Positions 27,628 through 37,183 of a stretch of DNA of 61,310 nt are shown here, one piece after another. Positions within the stretch are counted from its first letter, which is position 1, and every line of letters starts with the position of its first letter. The DNA is taken from positions 1-61,310 of the IMG/VR virus record IMGVR_UViG_3300032360_000004. The stretch is one strand, 5' to 3'. The position numbers and the translations under genes were made by a program. Under the pieces are notes generated by a model, which made no database searches, was not told the DNA's origin, and worked only from the letters and a program-made list of their open reading frames with translations. The stretch comes from a virus (Duplodnaviria; Caudoviricetes).

Positions 27628-29526
27628 ATGCCTAAACTAACCATTGGGATGGCCCACTTTGATGACTTTGACGGGGTGTACTTTACACTCCAATCTTTAA
27701 GGCTCTACCACACAGAGTTAATGTCCGAAGTGGAAGTGGTTGTTGTAGACAACAACCCACAGTCGGTTTTAGGCCAAGCTGTAAAAAACTTCATCCAGAG
27801 CCAGTCTCAGGGTACAGGCGGGGGCGTAAAGTACGTAGAGCAGGCCTCCCCCACTGGCACCAGCCCAGCCAGGAATACTATATTTCAGGTTGCCACTGGG
27901 GACTACGTGCTAGTGATGGACTGCCATGTACTCATAGCTCCAGGGGGTTTGGAATACCTGCTGGACTACTACTCTAAACATCCAGATACTTCTGACCTAT
28001 TAACCGGTCCCCTTCTCTATGACAGTATGACCCAGATTAGTACCCACTTCGATGATGAGTGGCGGTCGGAGATGTGGGGGACATGGGGAACCGCCTGGAA
28101 GTGCGGGTGTGGAGACGACGGGGTTGTCTTTTCTCTTAAACCCAGTGGAGAACAAAACCCAGTCACTAAGCCAAGGCTGGTGTCTCCTGGTTACATACCT
28201 ATAGAGTCTTGCGGTACCTGTAAGAAAAAGCTCCCCATACTTGGCTGGGCTGGGCACGAAGAGGCATATTCCAGGGAAGGGTTTAATATGCTGGGTATGG
28301 GCAAGGATGACAAGCCCTTTGAGATACCAGCACAAGGCCTCGGCCTGTTTAGTTGTCGCCGAGATGCGTGGTTGGGGTTCAACCCAGATGCACGGGGGTT
28401 CGGTGGAGAAGAACTATACATACACGGTAAGTATAGGGAAGCCGGGCATAAGGCACTGTGCCTGCCCCCATTGAAGTGGCTCCACAGATTTGGAAGACCC
28501 AGCGGGGTTAAATACCCGCTCACCCGGTGGAACAAAATCCGCAACTACGTGTTAGAGTTTACCGAGATGGGGTGGCCTCTTGATCCTATCCACGAACACT
28601 TCGTGGCTTCTGGGCTAATGCAGGAAGACCACTGGGAACTATTAGTTAGTGACCCAGTTAAAGCCATGGATCCTAATGAGGGAGAAGGGTGTGGCACCTG
28701 TGGTGCAGGGGACACCGGGAACCACGGTTCTATAAAGACCATCGAAGATGCGTACCTTTATGTGAAGGGTATTCCTAGGGATCTGGATCAACACCTGCCC
28801 AAGCTAAAGGAACTCGCTGAACAGGTTGACCACGTGACGGAGTTTAGCAACCGACGCGAGAGTGTAATAGCCCTACTGGCTGGGCTACCTAAAACCCTTG
28901 TTAGCTATAACACAGAACGGGATTCCCTAATCAGGCAGGTAGAGGGACTGGAAAATACGTCTGTGGATTTTACAGTGACTAGCAAAACCAGCGGAGAAGT
29001 ATCTTCTATAGAGGAAACCGACTTACTGTTTTTAGATATGGAGCACACGTTCGACGCATTACTGGTAGAACTATTAAAGTTCGGATCTTCGACCACAAGA
29101 AGATATATAGTAATGCACGACACGCAGATACACGGGAGCATAGGTAGTGACGGTGGACAGGGACTGCTTGATGCCGTGGCGGTATTCCTTGCAGAATTCC
29201 CAGAGTGGTCTGTGATTTACCACACAGCAGAACAGTACGGACTAACCGTACTGGGTAAGCTAAAGAAGGATAAGCCCAAGCTGCCCAGTAAACTAAAGAT
29301 GGCTACCAACCTTGCCAAAGCTATAAGCACGCACGTAGTCACCGGGGGTGAGACTACCAACGCGAAGGACTACAAGGCCCGGCTACAAGCGTGTAACTTG
29401 TGCGACCAACGGGTGGACAGCCAGTGTGCTGCCTGTGGTTGCTTTGTAGATAAGAAGGCATCACTCCAAAGCCAAAACTGTCCTCTTGCCCGGTGGCCTA
29501 AACTAACCACCCCGGTGAAGCCGTGA
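27628..29526 (+). CDS. GT2 glycosyltransferase fused to a methyltransferase-like domain and a C-terminal Cys-rich domain
   Basis: LTIGMAHFDD, VVVDN, VMDCH, GFGGEE; DLLFLDMEH...YIVMHDT; RLQACNLC..C.ACGC...CPLARW. Confidence 0.8.
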   Translation: MPKLTIGMAHFDDFDGVYFTLQSLRLYHTELMSEVEVVVVDNNPQSVLGQAVKNFIQSQSQGTGGGVKYVEQASPTGTSPARNTIFQVATGDYVLVMDCHVLIAPGGLEYLLDYYSKHPDTSDLLTGPLLYDSMTQISTHFDDEWRSEMWGTWGTAWKCGCGDDGVVFSLKPSGEQNPVTKPRLVSPGYIPIESCGTCKKKLPILGWAGHEEAYSREGFNMLGMGKDDKPFEIPAQGLGLFSCRRDAWLGFNPDARGFGGEELYIHGKYREAGHKALCLPPLKWLHRFGRPSGVKYPLTRWNKIRNYVLEFTEMGWPLDPIHEHFVASGLMQEDHWELLVSDPVKAMDPNEGEGCGTCGAGDTGNHGSIKTIEDAYLYVKGIPRDLDQHLPKLKELAEQVDHVTEFSNRRESVIALLAGLPKTLVSYNTERDSLIRQVEGLENTSVDFTVTSKTSGEVSSIEETDLLFLDMEHTFDALLVELLKFGSSTTRRYIVMHDTQIHGSIGSDGGQGLLDAVAVFLAEFPEWSVIYHTAEQYGLTVLGKLKKDKPKLPSKLKMATNLAKAISTHVVTGGETTNAKDYKARLQACNLCDQRVDSQCAACGCFVDKKASLQSQNCPLARWPKLTTPVKP

Positions 29527-30236
29527 GGATATTTATTATTAACTACAACCGGCTGACCAGCACCCGCAATATGGTGGAGTACCTATTAACGCTACCTGAT
29601 GCCGACCCGGTTATCATAGACAACGCCAGCACCTATCCTCCCCTGTTACACTGGTATAACCACGCCTGCCCGGTGGAAGTAGAGTTAGGAACTGAGGATT
29701 TTGGACCACGTGTACTGTGGGCAAATCGTAGCCGCCTAATACCCCCCGGTAAGGTGTACGCTGTAACTGACAGCGACCTGGACCTCAGTGGTTGCCCGGT
29801 TGACCTGTTGCAGCACCTGACCAGTGGGCTGGATCAATACCCTGAGATACGCAAGGTGGGTGTATCTTTAGCCCTGGAAGACATACCTGATGACAACCCA
29901 CTACAAGAGTTTACACGCAACCGCGAGGCACGGTACTGGGAAGACGAACGGGATGACAAGTTTTATGACGCTGACGTGGCCACTACTTTTGCCGTCTACC
30001 GCTCACACGATGGGCAGCCTCCAGCCCACTATGGTCCAGCCTTACGCAGCAAAGCACCGTACCAAGCCCGGCACCTACCGTGGTACCTAACCCCGGACAC
30101 TATGACAGATGAAGATAGGTACTACCTGGACCGCATAAACCCAGCCTGGACGGGTATTGTTTTTAGCCGCCATCTACAAAATCACTTGGATACTTTGGGA
30201 CCGGCTAACTATAAGGAGGACGTGGCATATGACTAA
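29523..30236 (+). CDS. GT2-like glycosyltransferase
   Basis: IFIINYNR, IIDNASTYPPL, VTDSDLD, ARHLPWY. Confidence 0.8.
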   Translation: MRIFIINYNRLTSTRNMVEYLLTLPDADPVIIDNASTYPPLLHWYNHACPVEVELGTEDFGPRVLWANRSRLIPPGKVYAVTDSDLDLSGCPVDLLQHLTSGLDQYPEIRKVGVSLALEDIPDDNPLQEFTRNREARYWEDERDDKFYDADVATTFAVYRSHDGQPPAHYGPALRSKAPYQARHLPWYLTPDTMTDEDRYYLDRINPAWTGIVFSRHLQNHLDTLGPANYKEDVAYD

Positions 30237-30999
30237 CCAACTACCCCGCTTGGCTTGCCTGTGCCCCACGTATAAACGTCCCAACTGCTTAGCTAATGCA
30301 GCCGCCTGCTATGTGCAGCAGACCTACCCCGCACACCTAAGTAGGTTGTTTGTGCTGGACGACGCAAGCCAGCACGCGGACAGTCCGGTGTCTGATGACG
30401 GTATAAGGTGCATAGTGCAGAGCAGTCGGTATACCACCCTGCCAGCCAAGTTTGCAGCACTGATAGACATAGCCACAGCCGAATGGAATCCAGATGCGTT
30501 TGTCATCTGGGAAGATGATGACGTGTTCCTACCTTGGCACTTACAGAGTATCTCCGACGCTATTATGTCAGGGGGAGAATACCTGACCAGCCGCACCGTA
30601 CATAGCACTTACGAGCAGCCCATGGGTGGGACTGTACTAGAAGGTGCAGATGGTAGGTTCCACAGTTCCTGGGCATTTACGGTAGACCTTCTTAAACGTA
30701 TTGGAGGCTACCCCAACACAGCACGCCTGGACTTTGACCAGCAACTAGGCTCGGCTCTTAAAGCCGAAGCCGGTACAGCCCACCACTACAGCTACCCACG
30801 GGGACCACAGCCCAGCTACGTGTACCGCTGGGGTAACGGTATATACCACGGTAGTCAGCGGGGCGAGGAAGGTTTTCAATCTCTATGGGATGAACTGTCC
30901 CAGCTACCTGCCCCGTATGTAGGTGCCTTGGTGCCGAAGATGGATAGAGAAACCACCCTAATACATAAGGTGCTGCAATGCGATGGGCTTACGGTGTAA
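30229..30999 (+). CDS. GT2 glycosyltransferase
   Basis: CLCPTYKRP, QTYP, VLDD, WEDDDVFLPWHL. Confidence 0.85.
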   Translation: MTNQLPRLACLCPTYKRPNCLANAAACYVQQTYPAHLSRLFVLDDASQHADSPVSDDGIRCIVQSSRYTTLPAKFAALIDIATAEWNPDAFVIWEDDDVFLPWHLQSISDAIMSGGEYLTSRTVHSTYEQPMGGTVLEGADGRFHSSWAFTVDLLKRIGGYPNTARLDFDQQLGSALKAEAGTAHHYSYPRGPQPSYVYRWGNGIYHGSQRGEEGFQSLWDELSQLPAPYVGALVPKMDRETTLIHKVLQCDGLTV

Positions 31000-31715
31000 C
31001 CACGGTACCCCAGCGGTTCGACAATCTATTACCACGCACCTTAGAATCGTTGGCTGCTGGTGGCTTTGATAAGCCAAGGTTGTTTGTGGACGGTGTACAG
31101 AACGCTAGCCAGTATGACTATCTGGGCCTGGAAGTGACCACCCACTACCCCACCATACGGACCTACGGTAATTGGCTGTTGGCCCTATGGGAACTGTACA
31201 TACGCAACCCAGCGGCTGAGCGGTACGCAATATTCCAGGATGACATAATTACCTACCGCAATTTACGACGGTACCTGGAACAGACTACTTACACCCACGG
31301 TTCCCATGAACTGTACTACAACCTCTACACCTACCCGGTAAACCAAAGCCCTCCACCCAGTGAGGAGTATACCGGGTGGCACGCCAGTAACCAGATGGGT
31401 CGTGGTGCACTGGCCTTGGTGTTTAACCGTCCGGCAATTAGTACCCTGCTGGAACAGTCCCATATAATTTCCCACCCGCAGAATGCCCAACGTGGCTGGC
31501 GTAGTGTGGACGGCACAGTGGTGACAGCCTTTAAAGCTATCCAGTGGCTAGAGTACGTACACGCCCCCACCTTGGTGCAGCACACAGGTACCGACCTCAG
31601 TAGTATGAAGAACCGTGGATACCGTGAGCTACCTGAAACCTTTAAGGGTGAAGCCTACGACGCCCTTCAACTGCTACCCACCACTGAGTCAATAGAAGCA
31701 CAGCCATGCCCATGA
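30978..31715 (+). CDS. GT-A fold glycosyltransferase-like protein
   Basis: GVTTVPQR, IFQDD, GALAL, PTLVQHTG..SS. Confidence 0.7.
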   Translation: MRWAYGVTTVPQRFDNLLPRTLESLAAGGFDKPRLFVDGVQNASQYDYLGLEVTTHYPTIRTYGNWLLALWELYIRNPAAERYAIFQDDIITYRNLRRYLEQTTYTHGSHELYYNLYTYPVNQSPPPSEEYTGWHASNQMGRGALALVFNRPAISTLLEQSHIISHPQNAQRGWRSVDGTVVTAFKAIQWLEYVHAPTLVQHTGTDLSSMKNRGYRELPETFKGEAYDALQLLPTTESIEAQPCP

Positions 31716-32038
31716 AAACCATAACCCTGGACAGCCCAAAGGACTTCCTAACCTACAGAGAAGGGTCAGGAAATACTGTGGAAATATTTGACATACAGGT
31801 GGGCACCAAGCGGGGCCGAGGGCGTGGTCGCAAACTTGTAGATACGCTGTTGAAGAAACTGGCACACCCCCCGATCCATGGCCGTCCACTACCTATCCCT
31901 ATGGTGTTTGCTATTACCCGGCATAACAACCGGATTGCTCGGGAGTTTTATACAGCAGTCGGGTTTAGGTTTGTTGGTTTCTTACACCACTTTTACGGGG
32001 TAGGTAATGACGCAGTTATGTATGGAATAGACGCATGA
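31706..32038 (+). CDS. GNAT acetyltransferase
   Basis: KRGRGRGRKLV and N..AREFYTAVGF motifs. Confidence 0.85.
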   Translation: MPMKTITLDSPKDFLTYREGSGNTVEIFDIQVGTKRGRGRGRKLVDTLLKKLAHPPIHGRPLPIPMVFAITRHNNRIAREFYTAVGFRFVGFLHHFYGVGNDAVMYGIDA

Positions 32039-33030
32039 AAGTAGGCACACTGGCATACGCCACTAGCCAAGGGCTGGGCATACTGGCCAAGTCATTTATC
32101 GACAACGGGGTGGTAACCGACATCCTGGTGGTAGAGCACTACAACCGTCCAGCTAATGACTGGTATCCTGATGCACCGGTCACCCCCATGGCCCCGCTTA
32201 ACATGGACCTAGCTAGGGACTTTGTTAAGAGCATGGACGCGATGCTGTTTTTTGAAACCCCATTTAGTTGGGATCTAATACCTTACTGCCGCGACAACGG
32301 TGTACGTACCGTACTCATGCCCATGTACGAATGTATGCCCCGCACCCTGCCCTACTGCCCCGACAGCTACATATGTCCTAGCCTGTTGGACCTACGCCAC
32401 TATCCTCTAAACAGCACCTTTATACCTGTGCCGGTCCAGGTACCTTGGCAGCAACGGCACAAGGCCCGCACCTACGTACACAATGGTGGACACCTTGGGC
32501 TACGTGGGCGTAATGGTACCCTGGAACTACTACAGGCTATGAAGTATGTACAGAGTCCACTACGGCTGCTGGTGCGTGGGCAGTGCGGTAGTTTCCCAGG
32601 ATTAGTAAGTCAGGTACCAGAAATAGCGAGCGACGAACGGGTTAGCATTATAAGGGGCACCCTGCCGTACGATGAACTGTGGAACACCGGGGACGTGTTT
32701 GTTTTCCCCGAGAAGTTTAATGGTCTCAGCCTAGCCTTACAGGAAGCCCGTGCTGCCGGGATGCTGGTGATGGGCACACACCGGTACCCAATGACAACAT
32801 GGCTACCTAACGAAGCCCTGATACCTGTACTTGGCACACACCGGGCTTGTGTCAGTGGACGGTGTATAGAGTTTGACGAGGCAGTGATAGACCCAGAAGA
32901 CATAGCCGCCACAATGGACAAGTGGTACGACCAGGATATATCCAGCCAGTCACTAGCTGGTAAGCACTGGGCCGAGGATATGAGTTGGGAAAGCCTTGGT
33001 CCTCAGTACCTGGAATACATAATAGGTTAG
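32035..33030 (+). CDS. GT4-like (GT-B) glycosyltransferase
   Basis: GDVFVFPEKFNGLSLALQEARAAGMLV; C-terminal SWE. Confidence 0.85.
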   Translation: MKVGTLAYATSQGLGILAKSFIDNGVVTDILVVEHYNRPANDWYPDAPVTPMAPLNMDLARDFVKSMDAMLFFETPFSWDLIPYCRDNGVRTVLMPMYECMPRTLPYCPDSYICPSLLDLRHYPLNSTFIPVPVQVPWQQRHKARTYVHNGGHLGLRGRNGTLELLQAMKYVQSPLRLLVRGQCGSFPGLVSQVPEIASDERVSIIRGTLPYDELWNTGDVFVFPEKFNGLSLALQEARAAGMLVMGTHRYPMTTWLPNEALIPVLGTHRACVSGRCIEFDEAVIDPEDIAATMDKWYDQDISSQSLAGKHWAEDMSWESLGPQYLEYIIG

Positions 33031-33038
33031 CCTACACC

Positions 33039-33929
33039 ATGCACATACTATACGTGGCTAAACACCGGGGCGGTGGTAACGATGACGAGGGAGCAATTAC
33101 CTATGGACTGCGGGAACTGGGCCACACCGTCACAACCATAGACGAAAACCGTGGTCACCAAGCTAGTGCCCACATCGGGGGAGCAGACATATGCCTGTTC
33201 CATAAATGGCAGGATCTTAATACCATCAGGAAGATAACTATTCCCAAAGTGTTCTGGTACTTTGACCTAGTGACCTATGACGATATTAAACTGGATGTAC
33301 GTAACGGCCAACGTGTGCAGTGGATGGAAGCGGTAACCCCACTAGTAGACCTAGGATTCTGCACCGACGGGGATTGGGTATCTCATGACACCAGTGGTAA
33401 ACTCCACCACCTGACCCAAGGGGCTGACGTTAGAACGGCCCTTCCAGGTAACCCACTACCAGCCGGACCGCCTATAGCTCTGACCGGTATACGGACTGGT
33501 GGTGGTACAGGACGCGAGAGCCATGTGGACGAACTGGTATCAACCTACGGTAGTAGTTTCCACCATGTAATTAGTGGGGTGCATGGCAGCCAATTGGCTG
33601 ACGTTATAGCCCGGTCCCGGATAATGATCGCCCCGGACTCACCAACCACAGACCTTTACTGGAGTAACCGTGTGTACCTTACGCTGGGTTATGGTGGGTT
33701 CATGTTGCATCCCTATTGCCACAACCTAACCCGTCACTACACCGACGGTGTCCATCTTGTGTACTACCACACCCGGCAAGACCTAAACGAAAAAGTAGAG
33801 CACTACCTCCACCACCCCGATGTCTGCCACCGTATAGCCGCAGCCGGGTACGCCCATACCTTAGCCCACCACACGTACACACGCCGATGCCGTGCACTGG
33901 TGAAAACTGCGGAGGACCATCTGTTATGA
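33039..33929 (+). CDS. CgeB-like GT-B glycosyltransferase
   Basis: YWSNRVYLTLGYGGF, IAAAGY...HHTYTRR. Confidence 0.8.
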   Translation: MHILYVAKHRGGGNDDEGAITYGLRELGHTVTTIDENRGHQASAHIGGADICLFHKWQDLNTIRKITIPKVFWYFDLVTYDDIKLDVRNGQRVQWMEAVTPLVDLGFCTDGDWVSHDTSGKLHHLTQGADVRTALPGNPLPAGPPIALTGIRTGGGTGRESHVDELVSTYGSSFHHVISGVHGSQLADVIARSRIMIAPDSPTTDLYWSNRVYLTLGYGGFMLHPYCHNLTRHYTDGVHLVYYHTRQDLNEKVEHYLHHPDVCHRIAAAGYAHTLAHHTYTRRCRALVKTAEDHLL

Positions 33930-34480
33930 CAATCTCTACTCCTATGCCCCAGGACATATTAAACCCTGCTTTTTGGCAGGAGCAGTTGCACGGTGCCGAG
34001 CACCTACACCACGCTGTGTTCCACTGCCCACCAGAAAAGTGGCAACGCATAGAACAGCGACACCGGGAAATACTGGCTGAACATATACAACCCGCCGACA
34101 GTGTTCTGGATGGGGGGTGTGCATGGGGCAGAATGATAGACCTGCTACCGCCGTCCTGGCAGGGCACCTATACGGGTGTTGACCTGTCCCCAGACTTTAT
34201 AGACATGGCCAAGGCTAACTACACCCCGGTGGATGAGGCTCATAACGTACCCCTGTTCTACGTGGATGATCTACGTAACGACTTGCACTACCTGACACAC
34301 CATATACCCCAGTCTAAATATGACTGGGCCATAGTGGTAAGTATGAGGCGAATGATAATCCGCAACTTGGGGGATGAAGGATGGGACCTCATACAGCACC
34401 AACTGTTTAATGTGGCTAAGCGGATACTGATGCTGGAATATAAAGAAGACGACGTTGGACAGGTTCTGGTTTATTGTTGA
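33926..34480 (+). CDS. Class I SAM-dependent methyltransferase
   Basis: SVLDGGCAWG, YTGVDLSPDFI. Confidence 0.85.
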   Translation: MTISTPMPQDILNPAFWQEQLHGAEHLHHAVFHCPPEKWQRIEQRHREILAEHIQPADSVLDGGCAWGRMIDLLPPSWQGTYTGVDLSPDFIDMAKANYTPVDEAHNVPLFYVDDLRNDLHYLTHHIPQSKYDWAIVVSMRRMIIRNLGDEGWDLIQHQLFNVAKRILMLEYKEDDVGQVLVYC

Positions 34481-34499
34481 CCCAAGGAGAGCGAGAAAG

Positions 34500-35474
34500 A
34501 TGGAAGCCAGGAGCATACTAAAATCCAATGCCTGTGTTATTGGTGGTGCTGGGTTTTTGGGTAGCCACCTAGTTAACCGGCTGGTGGAAGACTACGGCTG
34601 CACCGTGCTGGTGTTGGACAACCTGATAAGTGGCCTACCCAAGCACGTACACCCGGCTGCTAAGTTTGTATGGCATGACATACGCGATGAGGAATCTACC
34701 ACCACCCGGCTCCTGGTAGACCACGACATACAGTTTGTATTCAACTACGCAGCAGAGCCGTACATACCTGAGTGCTGGGAACGACCACTGCACTTCTTTG
34801 ACATTAACGCTGTGGCTGTGCTGCGGGTACTTAATGCCTGCCAGCAGGCTGGGGTGGAAGGGCTGCTACAGGTTAGCAGTGCAGAAATATATGGAGATAT
34901 GAAGGGTAAGATTAAGGAGACCGACCCCGTGCAGGCTCACAGCACCTACGGGGTAAGCAAGCTAGCAGCCGACGGGCTAGTCCAGGTGAGGTGGCGTGAG
35001 GCCAGTGTTCCGGCTATTGCCATGCGTCAGTTTAACTGTGTGGGTGAGCGGGAAACCCATGAGTACGTTATCCCAGAGATTATAAGCCAACTGGCTGCCC
35101 AACAGGGCCGGGATAACGCACTGGTGCAACTGGGCAACAACAGCACTAGGGATTTCCAGTATGCGGGGGATGCCGTAGCCATGGCCATAGAACTACTGGA
35201 GCACGGTCAGTATGGCGACGTATACAACATGGGCAGCGAAGAGGCCATAACCATCTACGACCTAGCCGTTCTGATAGGTGACCTGATGGGCTTTGGCAGC
35301 ACCTCTATAAATACGGATGCAGAGCGTGTACGCCCTTGGGAAATATGGCACTTACAAAGCGACAACACCAAGCTGTATGGTGTTATCAGGCAACGCCCAC
35401 GGGTTCCCCTAAAGCTGGCTCTACAACGGACCATTGACTACTACCACGCCAACAACAACCGCTGGGATTTCTAG
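34500..35474 (+). CDS. NAD-dependent nucleotide-sugar epimerase/dehydratase
   Basis: IGGAGFLGSHL, SSAEIYG, YGVSK, RQFN, RDFQY. Confidence 0.93.
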   Translation: MEARSILKSNACVIGGAGFLGSHLVNRLVEDYGCTVLVLDNLISGLPKHVHPAAKFVWHDIRDEESTTTRLLVDHDIQFVFNYAAEPYIPECWERPLHFFDINAVAVLRVLNACQQAGVEGLLQVSSAEIYGDMKGKIKETDPVQAHSTYGVSKLAADGLVQVRWREASVPAIAMRQFNCVGERETHEYVIPEIISQLAAQQGRDNALVQLGNNSTRDFQYAGDAVAMAIELLEHGQYGDVYNMGSEEAITIYDLAVLIGDLMGFGSTSINTDAERVRPWEIWHLQSDNTKLYGVIRQRPRVPLKLALQRTIDYYHANNNRWDF

Positions 35475-35476
35475 CC

Positions 35477-36508
35477 GTGCAACCGTACCAAGACCTGGAG
35501 CACAAGTACGGCCAGTGGATAGGCAACCCCAACACGGTGGCCTGTGCTACCGGTACGGCTGCCCTGCACTTAGCCCTGGAAGCCTTATGTCTGCCACCGG
35601 GCAGCGAGGTGTTAGTGCCCGAGTTTACCATGGTGGCCTGTGCCCGTGCGGTAACCATGGCCGGGCTGGTGCCTGTGTTTGTAGACTGCGATCCCACCAA
35701 TCTACTGGTAAGCCCCAAAGCCTACAGCCAACATATAGGACCACGCACCAGAGCCATAATGGTGGTCCACATATATGGCCGACAGTGTGACATGGTAGGC
35801 GTGTCCACATTAGCAGCACAGCACAACCTAGCCGTGGTAGAAGACCTAGCCGAAGCCCACGGCATAGCACCCCACCCGGCCAGCACCGCAGCCTGCTGGA
35901 GTTTCTACCGGAACAAAATTATAGCCGGTGAGGAAGGTGGTATGGTGGCCTTTAAGCAACAGGCCCACGCCACCAAGGCACGCCAACTACGGAGCCTGGG
36001 ATTCACCCCCGACCATGACTTCAAACACATACCACGGGGCGTTAATGCCCGACTGAGCAATTGCCACGCCACGCTAATACTAGGAAGCCTAGCCACCGTG
36101 GAAGACAACCTGACCAAGCGAACACAGGTGTGTAACTGGTACGACCAGCTAGTGCCCCCGGCCTACCACCAGCCACCCCGTGCAGTGTGCTGGGTGTACG
36201 ACATATGCCTACCATCGGAAACTAACACCTCGCTCCTGGTCAGCAAGTTAAACACGGCAGGGGTGGCAGCCCGTCTAGGGTTTAAGCCCATGAGTGAGCA
36301 ACCAGAATACGCAGCCCCGGTGCAGCACCTAGCCGCTTACCGGGCCAGCAGGCAGGTGGTGTACCTACCAGTACAGCCACGCCTGGAACAGCCACAAGTA
36401 CGGAAGACCGTACAGGCGTTACTGTCAGCCATTCAGTCCCAGTCCCCGCCCTGCGGCATGGGTCCGCTCGCTCCGGCACGTGCCTGTGGGGTGGGGCTGG
36501 GGCGTTAG
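35477..36508 (+). CDS. DegT/DnrJ/EryC1/StrS PLP aminotransferase
   Basis: TGTAALHLAL, VHIYG, VVEDLAEAHG, SFYRNKIIAGEEGG. Confidence 0.93.
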   Translation: MQPYQDLEHKYGQWIGNPNTVACATGTAALHLALEALCLPPGSEVLVPEFTMVACARAVTMAGLVPVFVDCDPTNLLVSPKAYSQHIGPRTRAIMVVHIYGRQCDMVGVSTLAAQHNLAVVEDLAEAHGIAPHPASTAACWSFYRNKIIAGEEGGMVAFKQQAHATKARQLRSLGFTPDHDFKHIPRGVNARLSNCHATLILGSLATVEDNLTKRTQVCNWYDQLVPPAYHQPPRAVCWVYDICLPSETNTSLLVSKLNTAGVAARLGFKPMSEQPEYAAPVQHLAAYRASRQVVYLPVQPRLEQPQVRKTVQALLSAIQSQSPPCGMGPLAPARACGVGLGR

Positions 36509-36513
36509 CTGAA
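36432..36513 (+). ncRNA. Long hairpin with apical GTCCGCTCGCTCCGGC (anti-RBS element 2) at the 3' end of the late operon
   Basis: TCCCAGTCCCCGCCCTGCGGCATG pairs, with G.U pairs and bulges, with CGTGCCTGTGGGGTGGGGCTGGGG. The loop matches 3046-3061 at 15/16 positions. Confidence 0.55.
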
Positions 36514-36786
36514 CAGGTGCAGGGTAAGTGCTGCATTTACGGCCCAAGGCTCACAGGGGGGCTGTGTGGCCCTGTGCAGCACCGTGTGTACCCCCATGGC
36601 CCGTAAAGGCTGCCATATGGCTCTGTACGGGCCTGTAATCAGTTGGGCATGGGTTTTAGCCTTACCAGTACCCAAGGCCCGTACAGGGGCACACAGGGCC
36701 GTTAAATGGCTGCACGAAAAAACCCCCCAGCAGCACCCAACTTTATGGGTACCACCGGGGGGGTGGAAGCAGCAGGGGTAAGGGGG

Positions 36787-37035
36787 CTAAGCCCCGGTTT
36801 CAGTGAAGGACAACCACAGGCCAACCGCATCAGCCAACCAGTACAGGGTGTCCAGGCGGGGGCTAGGTATCTGCCCCTGCTTATATTTGTCAATGGTAGC
36901 CAATGACACACCACTACGCCTGGAAAGCTCTGCTGTGTTCCAGCCCAAGCTGTCGGCAGCTATAAAGATGCCACCCAGCAGTTCGTCACGCTGGTCCAGA
37001 TAGTCACGGTCATCGGTACGGGTAACAGCACTCAT
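36787..37035 (-). CDS. XRE-family HTH protein
   Basis: ELSRRSGVSLATIDKYKQG...PRLDTLYWLADAVG. Confidence 0.8.
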   Translation of the reverse strand: MSAVTRTDDRDYLDQRDELLGGIFIAADSLGWNTAELSRRSGVSLATIDKYKQGQIPSPRLDTLYWLADAVGLWLSFTETGA

Positions 37036-37052
37036 GCAGTGCACACTCCTTA

Positions 37053-37145
37053 TTATTCAAGCCAGCCCAGCCAGTCCGCCAGTGCGGACATACCAGCCAT
37101 GGCAGTTAGTAAACAGGCAAACTCCATCAGTCCTAGTGTTGGCAT
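37053..37145 (-). CDS. 30-aa hydrophobic peptide
   Basis: MPTLGLMEFACLLTAMAGMSALADWLGWLE with AAGGAAGGAA RBS. Confidence 0.45.
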   Translation of the reverse strand: MPTLGLMEFACLLTAMAGMSALADWLGWLE

Positions 37146-37183
37146 ACTAATAGTTCCTTCCTTGGTAATAGGTATGCACGATG

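Noticed and set aside
36435-36474. Minus-strand GGAGCGAGC as the RBS of a mini-ORF (MPQGGDWD)
   Set aside because: It is only 8 codons and antisense to the aminotransferase. The G.U-rich stem supports a + strand RNA instead.
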